From: Escherichia phage ECBP2
Strand: one strand, 5' to 3'
Sequence record: NC_018859.1
DNA: 64,000 nucleotides
The notes under the pieces: generated by a model
Told to the model about the DNA's origin: nothing
Seen by the model: only the letters and a program-made list of their open reading frames with translations
The model's database searches: none
Program-made: the position numbers and the translations under genes
Part shown: positions 10,339 to 19,785 of the stretch, piece by piece
Position numbering within the stretch: the stretch's first letter is position 1
Layout of the letters: each line of letters opens with the position of its first letter

Positions 10339-11307
10339 ATGGGTTTATTTGGTGGAGGGGGTAGCACGTCTACTTCCAAAATGACAAGACCTGAATATAT
10401 TCAAAATTATATTGACCAACTAGTCAATCAGGTGAATAACACAAGTTCAGGCGATTATGTTTATAAAGACAATGTAGGTTTTAATCAGAACCAAACTGAG
10501 GCTCTGAATAACCTTTCTCAATCAGGGGCACTAGGTGCTCTCTCTTCTCAGTACATGGGTGCTGCTCAATCTGGTCTAGGTTATCTTGACCAAGCTAATA
10601 CTGGTTACAACAATCTGACTAATTCAGGTCAAATCACTGGAGAACAGATTGGTGCTTTGGCTGGTCAACTCTATGATGATGACGCTGTTCAGGCTGCTAT
10701 TACAGCTAATAACGAACAGACCCAGCAAGACTTGGCTCGTAATGCTCTTCCTCAATTGGCTCAACAGTATGCTGGTCAGCAAGGTTCAGGTGCACGTATG
10801 GCTAAATCTTTTGCTCAGGGTGATGCTCTGAATCAGATGCAGAATACAGCAACCAATATTACTAACAGTGCTTATGACTCTGCTGTCAATCAGGCTCAGA
10901 GTATCCTGTCTGGTAATAGACAATCTCAGGCTTCCGCTCTAAGTGGTCTCTCTGGTATCGGTAACACTATGTCTAACCTTGGTACTCAGGCAGGTCAACT
11001 TTCTCAACAGCAGATGCAGAATCAATGGGCAGCAGGTTTGCAACAGCAACAACAGCAACAGTCTGAATTGGACAATGCTTATACTAATGCTCAGAATGCA
11101 GCCAATTGGGGCTATCAAGACATTAATAACCAACTCGGTGCAGCAGGCGTACTCAATGGTGCTTTAGGGACAACGACTACTAATAAAGTTTCAGGTGGTG
11201 GAAGTGGTTTCTTAGGTGGTGCTATGAGTGGCGCAGCAGCAGGCTCTTCCTTTGGACCTTGGGGTGCGTTAGCAGGTGGGGTCATTGGTGGGTTGGCTAG
11301 TTCTTAA
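10339..11307 (+). CDS. Q/N/S-rich virion protein (paralog of 9280-10329)
   Basis: MGLFGGGGS vs MSLFGSAS N-termini; shared QN-rich composition; C-terminal GPWGALAGGVIGGLASS. Confidence 0.5.
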   Translation: MGLFGGGGSTSTSKMTRPEYIQNYIDQLVNQVNNTSSGDYVYKDNVGFNQNQTEALNNLSQSGALGALSSQYMGAAQSGLGYLDQANTGYNNLTNSGQITGEQIGALAGQLYDDDAVQAAITANNEQTQQDLARNALPQLAQQYAGQQGSGARMAKSFAQGDALNQMQNTATNITNSAYDSAVNQAQSILSGNRQSQASALSGLSGIGNTMSNLGTQAGQLSQQQMQNQWAAGLQQQQQQQSELDNAYTNAQNAANWGYQDINNQLGAAGVLNGALGTTTTNKVSGGGSGFLGGAMSGAAAGSSFGPWGALAGGVIGGLASS

Positions 11308-11321
11308 TTAGGAGATTAATT

Positions 11322-12953
11322 ATGCAACAAACATCTTACGCGTATCTTCGTAGTCAAGACCCGCGCAATCAGATTTATGGTGATCGTCAGAGAGGGGTTA
11401 CGGCCTCTCCTTACATGTCTAGACCTGCTGGTCCAGCTGCTGACCTTTCTATGTATCAGCGTCCTGCTGTACCTGCTGGTTTGGATGAACAAGTACAACA
11501 AGCTCAGGCTGATCAACAGGCAATGGTCAATCCGGGATTCAAGCAACGTTTGTATGAACAGCAAGGCATTTCTGTCCCTACCAGTTTGGCTGGTATTGAC
11601 GCTGGTATTAATCCGGGTGAAGAAGGCTCTATGATACCTCCTGATGTAGCTCCTGCTTCTAGTCCTCTTCCGGTTACTGCTCCTGCTAAACCAATTGAAG
11701 AGTCAGATAAAGAATTTGCCCCTGAACAAGTACAACAGGCACAAGGTGTGATGAATACTATCGCTTCTGGAGTTCCTCAGGGTGAAGGTATGAGCGGTGC
11801 TACTCGTGCTGCTGACCAAGAACGTGTTAACCAAGATATCCTTAAAGTTGCACAATCTAAGAACCCAGCAGAAGCTTGGAAGACTATGCAGAAACAACCT
11901 TTCTATCAGAACTCTAGTTTCTATACTGGTTTGATGGGTGTAGGTCTTTCTATTATGTCTGGTAAGTCTCCGATTGAAGCATTCCAGATTGGTTCTGGTA
12001 TGGCATCTCAGGATGAAGCTAAACAACAGTTGGAGTTGAACCGTGATAACCTGATTGAACAAGGTTACTCTCAAGATTCTGTAGCTGCTGCTATAGCTTC
12101 TGGTGATCCTTCGATGTTGAAGATGCGTCAGATTAGTCCTCAGGAGAAGATGGCTCTTGCTGCTCAGGATGAAGCTCGTGCTAATCAAGAGTGGGATAGA
12201 CGTCAACAGATTCAAGACCAGTCGGTTCGTGAACGTGCTGCTGAAACTCGTCGTGCTGCTGAAGAACGTGCCGATGCACAGTTTGCTAAACAGAAAGAGC
12301 TTATTGGCTATCGTGATCAGGTTAAAGCAGACCGTGCAGAACAAGCTGCTCAGAGCTTCAACTTCAGTACGAAAGAGCTTCGTAACGTTCAGAATACTGC
12401 TGAAGGCTCTGTTGCTAAACAGTGGGCAGAAAAAGCAGCTCTGTTTAAACAGTCTCACAAAGACTTGGATTTGGCAGACAAAGCCATTAAAGATGGTGAT
12501 TATCAATCTGCTCGTACCGCTTACATGCAGGCTATCATGAACTCCGCAAGGGCTGAAATTGGTGCTAACCGCTCTCTGCAAGCAGATGACTTATCCCACT
12601 TTGCAGAAGACCCGTCAATCTTTGTTAAGACTGGTAACACTTGGTCTCTCAAAGCTGGTTATCGTCCTTCTGATGCAGCTCTGTCTTATGCTCGTAAGCA
12701 GGCAACAGTTGGTGCTTCTTCCGCTGATAAGGGTGTTCTGGAATCTAAGAAAGCTACAATTGATGCTTATATTGGTTCTGGCATGGATAAGAAGCGTGCA
12801 ACTGCTGTGGTTAACCGTGGTATCCCTTCTGGTGGTTTCTATGACCCATACAAGACTTTTGATGCAGAAGCTGATGAAGCTGTTGGTGGTGCAGCAACTA
12901 ATCCCAAACTTAATGGTGCTCTGTCTTCTAATGTTGATTGGATGATTCAGTAA
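11322..12953 (+). CDS. virion/ejection protein
   Basis: 543 aa ORF in the structural operon; Ala/Gln-rich helical composition. Confidence 0.45.
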   Translation: MQQTSYAYLRSQDPRNQIYGDRQRGVTASPYMSRPAGPAADLSMYQRPAVPAGLDEQVQQAQADQQAMVNPGFKQRLYEQQGISVPTSLAGIDAGINPGEEGSMIPPDVAPASSPLPVTAPAKPIEESDKEFAPEQVQQAQGVMNTIASGVPQGEGMSGATRAADQERVNQDILKVAQSKNPAEAWKTMQKQPFYQNSSFYTGLMGVGLSIMSGKSPIEAFQIGSGMASQDEAKQQLELNRDNLIEQGYSQDSVAAAIASGDPSMLKMRQISPQEKMALAAQDEARANQEWDRRQQIQDQSVRERAAETRRAAEERADAQFAKQKELIGYRDQVKADRAEQAAQSFNFSTKELRNVQNTAEGSVAKQWAEKAALFKQSHKDLDLADKAIKDGDYQSARTAYMQAIMNSARAEIGANRSLQADDLSHFAEDPSIFVKTGNTWSLKAGYRPSDAALSYARKQATVGASSADKGVLESKKATIDAYIGSGMDKKRATAVVNRGIPSGGFYDPYKTFDAEADEAVGGAATNPKLNGALSSNVDWMIQ

Positions 12954-12973
12954 GACCTAAGTCCTATCTCTTA

Positions 12974-12984
12974 TAATGTATATA
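12974..12984 (+). promoter_or_regulatory. TAATGTATATA promoter-like motif inside a GTCCTA...TAGGAC inverted repeat
   Basis: Exact 11-mer, 35 nt upstream of the ATG at 13019; same motif recurs at four other intergenic sites. Confidence 0.5.
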
Positions 12985-13018
12985 GGAGGTAGGACATTTT
13001 TATTTATAAGGAGAAATT

Positions 13019-16000
13019 ATGGCTAACTTAAAACCGTGGGAAGAAGCTTCTAAAAGCCCTGCGTATTTGAACGCCTCCCCTGAGCAACAGTCTCAGATGC
13101 GAGAACAATATAAAGCAGCAGGTGGAACAATTCCTGAGGCGGCTCCAGCTCCGAAACAAGAAGAACAACCGGGATTAATTGGTGACTTTGCTCAAGGTGT
13201 GTCCAATGCTATTCAATCAGGTGGTGCTAATATTGCAGCTAGTGCTGCTAGAGGTATTGGTGGATTAGTTGAGATTGGAGAGAATCTAACTGGTTCACAG
13301 ACAAGCTATGGTAAGCGTATTCAAGAGAACTCTAAGAATTTATTAGAAGAACGTCTCTCTAAGATTGAAGATGGTATTGGGAAGTCAGCTGGTCAGTATG
13401 CTGGTGTCGCTGCTGATATCGGTTTGACAGTTGCTAACCCTGCTATAGCTGCTGCTGTTATTGCAGCTCGTGAGACAGGCCGTGCTTATGCAGACCAAAC
13501 TCCAGAAGAGGGTGAAGAGAAGTCTGTTCTTGATGCTGGTTTAGTTGGTGGTGCTAACTTTGCAGCTCAGAAGATTCTTCCGGGGATGACAGGCACTGCT
13601 TCTACTACTCTAGGTCGTGTTGGTCAGAGTGTAGCATCTAATGCAGTGGCTGGTGCTAAAGGTGGTGCTCTTGTAGGTGCTGCTGAAGCACAGAACAAAT
13701 ATGGTGATGACACTACTCTTGCTAATATTATTGAAGGTGCTGTAGAAGAAGGTGCGATGGGCGCTGCTTATGGTGGGGCTATTGGTGGGGTTCATGGATT
13801 GATCAGTCGTCCTAGTCCTCAAGTATTTGACCGTACTCCAGAGCATGTTAAAACTGATATTGCCGCTGAAGATGAAGCGATACGTAGTGCTACTAATGCT
13901 GATGAATTACGTGAAGCGTATTCTAAAGCTGACAATGCTAACACTGCTTCTGCCCTTAACCTTCTGGACGAGAATGGTTTCCGTGTTACTGATGCTGTGG
14001 CTATGGATTCTCCTGCTGCTCAGCGTATCCTGAACACTGACCAAAGTCGTGCTGAGAAGGCTGCTACCATTCTGGAAGATCGTTCTAACGTTCCGGGTTT
14101 GAACCCTCTTGCTGCTCCTAACAAGCGTCAAGGTAAAGCGAACGCTGATAACGAACACAACCAGAAACAAGCCGTAGCAATGAAAGATGCGATGGCTGAC
14201 TATACGAAAGACAACACTAAGTCTCTATCTGACGTACTGGACAATCTTGACCGTGAATTAACATCTGCTCGTGCTAGTGGTGACTTTACTGGTAGTGCTA
14301 TGGATATTAAGAATCGTACTCAAGCTGACCGTGACTTCATTGATGCTTACAAAACTTTCTATAACGAAGCTAACCGATTCAAAGCTCGTGATGGTGAAGA
14401 CTTCAACAACTTCATCGAGAAAGCAACTGAACTACAGAAGCTAGCTGATAATGTTTCTCCAGAGATGAAGACTGCTATTGGTGGTTTGAAGAAACTCAAA
14501 GGTATGCCTGAAGGTTTCAACCCAATCCAAGATGCTTTCACTCTGAATAACACAGCTAAGTTAATGAGTAACCAAGACCGTGGTTGGACCTCTCTAACTG
14601 CTGACGGTTTCAAAGAAGCTGCTCCTCCGGTTCTGATTAAGAATCCACTTGGTGCTGCTAAACATGTTCTCAACCGTTTCCGTTCTGACCGTGCTCGCTC
14701 TCAACGTGAAGGCCAACAGGCGGCTAACAGCGAAGCTATTCGTTCTCTTGCTCGTAGTGATATGGAAGTAACTCGTGCTCGTGCTCAGGCTGATGAAGCT
14801 CGTGCTGCGATGGAGAAAGAACCTGAAGTTGATGACATTAAATTTAGAACTCAAAATGACCCGGAAATCGAACCGGTTCGGGAGCCTTCTGCTACTACTG
14901 TGACGGAAGAAATTTCCTCTCCTCAAACCTCTCCTTTAACTGCTCGTGATTTGGTCGCACAAAGACGTGCTTTGAAGGAAGCTCAAGCTAGACGTCAGGA
15001 AGCCGAAGCTAGTAAGATTCAGGAAGAGCCAACTCCCGAGCCAGAGCCACAAGAACCAGTTACTACAGCGAGAGATTTAGTTGCTCAACGTCGTGCTGTT
15101 TCAGAAGCTCGTAAACGTCAAGAAGCAGAAGAGGCCAGCAAGGCTGCTGAGAGCGCCCCCGAGGAACCAACTGTTCAAGCAGAGCCATTGCCTACCCGTG
15201 CTCCTAAAGCTCCTGAGGTTGAGGCTGAGCCTGTTAAACCGGCTACTGGAATCGAACGTCTGGCTGCTATGTCAAGTGCTGCTCGTCAAGCTACTAAAGA
15301 CCGTGCAGATCGCTTTGCTCGTTCTCTGTATACGGCAGGTGCGAAGGCTAAAGCTACAGCTGAAAACTTCCTTTCTTATAAAGGTGACCCGAAAGAGTTG
15401 ATGCGTCGTATTCGTCAGGAAGACCAAGCGAACAACTCCGAACGTCATGCTGAGATGGCTCGTAACCAACTTGCTTCTCAACAGGGTATTGCTGCTGCTA
15501 AGTCACAACGTGTTCGTTCTTCGTTTGCTGATTGGGTTAAGGAACGTGGTCTGCCTTCTGATATTGCTACCAAGGCATTACGTGCTGAGGAGAAAGGTAT
15601 TGGTGGGAACGTGACTAGTTTGGATTCACTGAAGCGTAGGTCTGAACGTCTGTATCAGAAACAACGTGATGATGAATTTAACAAACTATATGAGGAAGCT
15701 CTTGCAGAGAATAAGAAGATTGACAAAGCTGATGCCCCTAAACTGGTTGACCAGAAGAAAGAGTTACACAGTGAAATCAATACACTTCTTGATGCAGAGC
15801 CATTACGTCCAGCTCAGAAAGATGCTATGCGTAAGATGATGGAAGATTTTGTAGATGGGAAGTTTAAAGCTTCAGAGAGGGCTGGAAGGGAAGATGCTTT
15901 GGAAGTGGGACAGATGAAGGATATATGGGATGGCTTTATCAACACCTATAACCGTGAAGTTAACATGTTCAACAAAGCTAATAAGAACTCTCAGTACGAA

Positions 16001-17437
16001 GCAGCAGCTAAACACCTGCAAGCACGTCAGGAACGTCTTGATACGCTCCGTAACAGGGCTAAGGCTCGTAGTGATGCCAAGGCAGCGGTAGAGACAGAAA
16101 GGCAGTCTCTCGAAGCTATAGCGGCTCAGAAATCGGAGATGGAGAAACTGATGAAAGATCTGCCAGAGTCAGTACGTGAAGCTCAGGAAGGTCGTACGCT
16201 GAAACAGTTAGCAGCTCACCATGAGAAGAACTCTCCTGTACCACCAGAGCGTTTCCGTAGTATCATTGAACGTATCCACAACGCAGAGAGTGATTACATC
16301 GACCGTAAACGTCGACTCACTGAAGCGGAAGAAGATGCTCGTGAAGCTAAGTGGAATAAGATGTATGAGCAAGCGGAAGAGATGAACCGTAAGTTCGATA
16401 TTGACTCTCGTGTACAGCGTGATAAGAAGCTCAAAGAAGCTCAGGAAGCAGAGAATGACCGTATGGCAGTACAACGTCAACGTGATGACATTCACAAGCG
16501 CCTGATGCGTTCTATGGAGGATAAGGGTATTCCTAAGGAAGATGCAGAAATCTTTGCAGGTTCTTATATGGATAACCGTTACTCTCTTCTGGAGAAACCT
16601 ATGACTCCTACTGAGCACCAGAATGCTCGCTCTCGTATTGAATCTGATATCTCTAAGTTTGCTAAGGATTTTGAGAAGATGACACCAATCGAGAAAGATA
16701 TTGCTAAGGCAACTGGTGATATGGATGGGAAGGTAGAGGTGGATGCAGACACTTCGAAAGCTATCGAAGATGCGAAGAAGGTAGATTCTGAGTTGAAGAA
16801 ACTTCAGGATGAAGAGTTGGAAATGGAGAAAGTTCGTTCGGCGTTGCCGGAAGATGAAAGATCTCAAGCCTCCTCTGATATACTGGAAAGTATTAAGAAG
16901 CAGGAAGATGACTTTGCTAACAAAGCAGAGAAAGCTTTTATCGAAGGGAAAGACTTGCAGGAGCTGGCTAGTGTAGCGGAGGTTCTAGATAGGGTTCATG
17001 GTGCTGACAAAGCTGGTAATAACCGTCGCTTTGTGCGTGCTTTACAAACGGCTGCGGAGAACAAGAAACAATATGGAGATAATCCAGTGGCTTGGTTTAG
17101 TGCTGATGATTACTCTGCTATTGCGAAACTTGGTGCTGCTTCAGCGGGTGGTAACAAATCTAGAGCACTGGAGAAAATCTTTGGTTCTACTGCTGAACAA
17201 GCTAAAGGGAAACTTTTAGGGCGGGATGATGTAGCGAAGATTAGACATGTGATTGAAGAGAATCCTGATGTTAAGATTCCTTCTTACAAGACAACTACTC
17301 GACAAGAGTATTTACAGTTCTTGGAGAAGTATAATGACGAGGGAGAGTTGAAAGTCAAACGTGGTTCTCTGTCTGACAAGTTGGAGAGAGGTAAGCGTCA
17401 AGCTAAACTCCGTGTTAGAGTTCGAGCTAAGGAGTAA
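13019..17437 (+). CDS. giant virion (internal/ejection) protein, coiled-coil rich
   Basis: 1472 aa, highly charged; internal tandem repeat ARDLVAQRRALKEAQARRQEAEASK / ARDLVAQRRAVSEARKRQEAEEASK; last gene of the + arm. Confidence 0.55.
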   Translation: MANLKPWEEASKSPAYLNASPEQQSQMREQYKAAGGTIPEAAPAPKQEEQPGLIGDFAQGVSNAIQSGGANIAASAARGIGGLVEIGENLTGSQTSYGKRIQENSKNLLEERLSKIEDGIGKSAGQYAGVAADIGLTVANPAIAAAVIAARETGRAYADQTPEEGEEKSVLDAGLVGGANFAAQKILPGMTGTASTTLGRVGQSVASNAVAGAKGGALVGAAEAQNKYGDDTTLANIIEGAVEEGAMGAAYGGAIGGVHGLISRPSPQVFDRTPEHVKTDIAAEDEAIRSATNADELREAYSKADNANTASALNLLDENGFRVTDAVAMDSPAAQRILNTDQSRAEKAATILEDRSNVPGLNPLAAPNKRQGKANADNEHNQKQAVAMKDAMADYTKDNTKSLSDVLDNLDRELTSARASGDFTGSAMDIKNRTQADRDFIDAYKTFYNEANRFKARDGEDFNNFIEKATELQKLADNVSPEMKTAIGGLKKLKGMPEGFNPIQDAFTLNNTAKLMSNQDRGWTSLTADGFKEAAPPVLIKNPLGAAKHVLNRFRSDRARSQREGQQAANSEAIRSLARSDMEVTRARAQADEARAAMEKEPEVDDIKFRTQNDPEIEPVREPSATTVTEEISSPQTSPLTARDLVAQRRALKEAQARRQEAEASKIQEEPTPEPEPQEPVTTARDLVAQRRAVSEARKRQEAEEASKAAESAPEEPTVQAEPLPTRAPKAPEVEAEPVKPATGIERLAAMSSAARQATKDRADRFARSLYTAGAKAKATAENFLSYKGDPKELMRRIRQEDQANNSERHAEMARNQLASQQGIAAAKSQRVRSSFADWVKERGLPSDIATKALRAEEKGIGGNVTSLDSLKRRSERLYQKQRDDEFNKLYEEALAENKKIDKADAPKLVDQKKELHSEINTLLDAEPLRPAQKDAMRKMMEDFVDGKFKASERAGREDALEVGQMKDIWDGFINTYNREVNMFNKANKNSQYEAAAKHLQARQERLDTLRNRAKARSDAKAAVETERQSLEAIAAQKSEMEKLMKDLPESVREAQEGRTLKQLAAHHEKNSPVPPERFRSIIERIHNAESDYIDRKRRLTEAEEDAREAKWNKMYEQAEEMNRKFDIDSRVQRDKKLKEAQEAENDRMAVQRQRDDIHKRLMRSMEDKGIPKEDAEIFAGSYMDNRYSLLEKPMTPTEHQNARSRIESDISKFAKDFEKMTPIEKDIAKATGDMDGKVEVDADTSKAIEDAKKVDSELKKLQDEELEMEKVRSALPEDERSQASSDILESIKKQEDDFANKAEKAFIEGKDLQELASVAEVLDRVHGADKAGNNRRFVRALQTAAENKKQYGDNPVAWFSADDYSAIAKLGAASAGGNKSRALEKIFGSTAEQAKGKLLGRDDVAKIRHVIEENPDVKIPSYKTTTRQEYLQFLEKYNDEGELKVKRGSLSDKLERGKRQAKLRVRVRAKE

Positions 17438-17442
17438 ACAAG

Positions 17443-17487
17443 AAAAGCCCCCAACCTGTAAAAAGGAAGGGGGCTTCTTTATTTCTA
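17443..17487. terminator. bidirectional rho-independent terminator at the convergence point
   Basis: GCCCCC...GGGGGC hairpin flanked by T-runs on both strands, between the last + gene (stop 17437) and the last - gene (stop 17673). Confidence 0.55.
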
Positions 17488-17672
17488 GATATAGATTCGA
17501 CATTTTGATATCAAACCTTTATCACTTCTCTTGCCATATCTACTATACAGTAGGGGTGTGTCCTTGCTCTTAATAGAAACCATTAGAACAAAGAGAAAAC
17601 CCAAGGCTATTAGAATCCATCGAATTCATCATACATCCCAATTTTCTTCTTCGAAGTCAATCATAAGACCTC

Positions 17673-17975
17673 CTAGATTAGATCATAATACTTAATAATA
17701 TCAGAGAGCTTAAACTCTCGAATGTCATTCTTGTCATTGTCCCAAGCGGTCATTATCCAACAAGGTTTGCCCCCATTATGATAACGGGAAGAAGCAACTG
17801 AGGTTCGTATAGGAACAACGGAGCGGTCTGCAATTTCACCTCTCCAATTACGATAGCTAAAGCGAAGAGTTTGTGTCGTAGATACTTGATCATTTGTATT
17901 TTCCTTGTTCATAGATTCAAAGACTTCCTTCTCTTCAGGAGTCTCTAGATTTTTTAAATTCGCGTCTTGCATCAT
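17673..17975 (-). CDS. hypothetical protein
   Basis: Track ORF 17673-18032; internal ATG at 17975 has an AAGGAAG RBS and reduces overlap with the upstream HNH gene. Confidence 0.4.
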   Translation of the reverse strand: MMQDANLKNLETPEEKEVFESMNKENTNDQVSTTQTLRFSYRNWRGEIADRSVVPIRTSVASSRYHNGGKPCWIMTAWDNDKNDIREFKLSDIIKYYDLI

Positions 17976-18339
17976 TCTCTTCCTTAGTTTTAATCTTATG
18001 GCAAGGTTCTTTACACAAGACTTGAAAGCCATCTACCTCAACCAAAGCTCTCTCAATGATTTCATCCCAAGATGCTTCATGGTCCACTGGAACAATAGGA
18101 TTAATGTGGTCAACAGCTACTTCCTTAAGAGGAGAGTCATTACCACACATGGCACACTTGTAGTGCATTGCCAGCTTGCCAGTCTTAGGGTTGATCTTAC
18201 GTTCTGTCTGAGCTTCTTTGAGAGCATCAAACATAGGCTTCCACTTTCTAGTCAGAGAACGAATCCCTGACTTGATGAAGGAATTATAACGTGCTTCAGT
18301 CCACTGGTTTGAACATCTTGTTTTCTCAGCCTTCGCCAT
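17935..18339 (-). CDS. HNH endonuclease
   Basis: HYKCAMCGNDSPLKEVAVDHINPIV...LCKEPCHKIK: Cys/His HNH-type motif. Confidence 0.6.
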   Translation of the reverse strand: MAKAEKTRCSNQWTEARYNSFIKSGIRSLTRKWKPMFDALKEAQTERKINPKTGKLAMHYKCAMCGNDSPLKEVAVDHINPIVPVDHEASWDEIIERALVEVDGFQVLCKEPCHKIKTKEENDARREFKKSRDS

Positions 18340-18517
18340 AACCTACATCCATATCAGCGTCTTCCCAAATACGTTTGTTAATACGATGTGATTCTTTTTC
18401 AGCACGAGGGATACGTCCAGTACGACGATCAAATGCTTGATGTTTAATCTTCTGGTCTTTACGAGACTCACGATTAGAGGAATTTTCATCATACGAACGA
18501 TAGTCAAATTTACCCAT
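18326..18517 (-). CDS. small basic hypothetical protein
   Basis: 63-aa ORF, Arg/Lys-rich, fills the gap between flanking genes. Confidence 0.3.
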   Translation of the reverse strand: MGKFDYRSYDENSSNRESRKDQKIKHQAFDRRTGRIPRAEKESHRINKRIWEDADMDVGYGEG

Positions 18518-18530
18518 TATAATATCCTTA

Positions 18531-19349
18531 TTACCAAGTTTTATCTAACCATGACCATTCAAAGAGGTCACCTTCAGCTTGTCCGACGAAGAGCAATCGA
18601 GCATTTTCTAGCATCTTAGCTTCTGCTTCTTCCTCGAACCTCTTATAGTATTCCATTCGTATAATGTGATAAAGAGTACACTTATCGAATACCTTCTCAA
18701 TAAGTTTGATTGCAGCCTTGCTACCAATACCTTTACGACGCATAACTAGGTTGCCACCCCACATCATTTCAACTTTCTCACCACATCCGGGGATGTTGTC
18801 TGTACTGTCCCCAATCAACATCTGATAGAAGAAGTTCTGCCATGCTACTTCCTCTGATACATAATGAGGAGGTACTTCTTTCTGTCGTTCACCACAAGCC
18901 CAGCGATAATGCCATCCGGGAGTGATTAACAAATCCTTATCACGAGTACAGATGATAGTGTTCTTCTCAATACGTTGTCGTTCAGCGAGTGCATCATCTG
19001 CTTCTCTACCAAACACCTCAACGTACTGATAATGTTCTTTGATGTAATCACTAACGTTCTGCCAATGATGTGGCCTTTCTCCCGGAGGTCGGTTAGCTTT
19101 GTAACCTTGTTGCTGAGCAATATCAAATCGGAAGTTACCACCTTCACTAAAATAGAAGACAGTTCTTTCACAACCAGCTCTTGAGATGATTACATCAATC
19201 TTATGTTGGAGACGTTCAATCAAGAATCCATAATCAACTGGAACACGACCTGTGTCTAGAAAAGGATGCTCTTGTGTAAGAGCACCAACCTCATACCGTA
19301 GAACATCTCCGTCCACAATCGCTACTTCTGGATAAGATATATCACTCAT
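18531..19349 (-). CDS. 5'-3' exonuclease / flap endonuclease (T7 gene 6 / RNase H-like)
   Basis: GYKANRPPGERP (YKAxR motif) and GDSTDNIPGCGEK...IGSKAAIKLI (H3TH-like); likely start MSDISYPEVAIVDGD (GGAGGA RBS) overlapping the upstream stop as ATGAGTGA. Confidence 0.7.
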   Translation of the reverse strand: MSDISYPEVAIVDGDVLRYEVGALTQEHPFLDTGRVPVDYGFLIERLQHKIDVIISRAGCERTVFYFSEGGNFRFDIAQQQGYKANRPPGERPHHWQNVSDYIKEHYQYVEVFGREADDALAERQRIEKNTIICTRDKDLLITPGWHYRWACGERQKEVPPHYVSEEVAWQNFFYQMLIGDSTDNIPGCGEKVEMMWGGNLVMRRKGIGSKAAIKLIEKVFDKCTLYHIIRMEYYKRFEEEAEAKMLENARLLFVGQAEGDLFEWSWLDKTW

Positions 19350-19785
19350 GATTTCCTCCATGGTGTCGGATAAGGTGACAATTAGCACAGAGCATGACAT
19401 ATTTATCTAACTCTGCCTTAAGTTTAGGCCAGTACCGATAGTATGAAGGGTTTTCGTCTTTTGTTTGTTCATCCAGATGATGGAACTGCATAACACAAGG
19501 TGGGTATTCTTTTTTACAATCTAAGCAAACACCTCCCATGTATTCTATTGCTTTTATCTTAAGATCTCTATTTGCCTTATTAGCAACCTCTTGCCGTCTT
19601 TTTCTATTGGCAGCATACCAAGCTCTTTTCTTTTCTGCGGTACAAATCTTACAAGTTCCAGTCACACCCTTAGTGCACACCTTATTGGGGTGATATTCTG
19701 TTAGGGCTTTTTCAACCCCACAAACGTTACACACCTTAGTATCTGCATCCACAATTGCTACTTCAGGATAGATTACATCAGGCAT
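19342..19785 (-). CDS. HNH homing endonuclease (Zn-binding)
   Basis: CNVCG...CKIC...CLDC...QFHHLDE...CANCHLIRH; N-terminus MPDVIYPEVAIVDAD duplicates the N-terminus of the downstream exonuclease. Confidence 0.65.
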   Translation of the reverse strand: MPDVIYPEVAIVDADTKVCNVCGVEKALTEYHPNKVCTKGVTGTCKICTAEKKRAWYAANRKRRQEVANKANRDLKIKAIEYMGGVCLDCKKEYPPCVMQFHHLDEQTKDENPSYYRYWPKLKAELDKYVMLCANCHLIRHHGGNHE

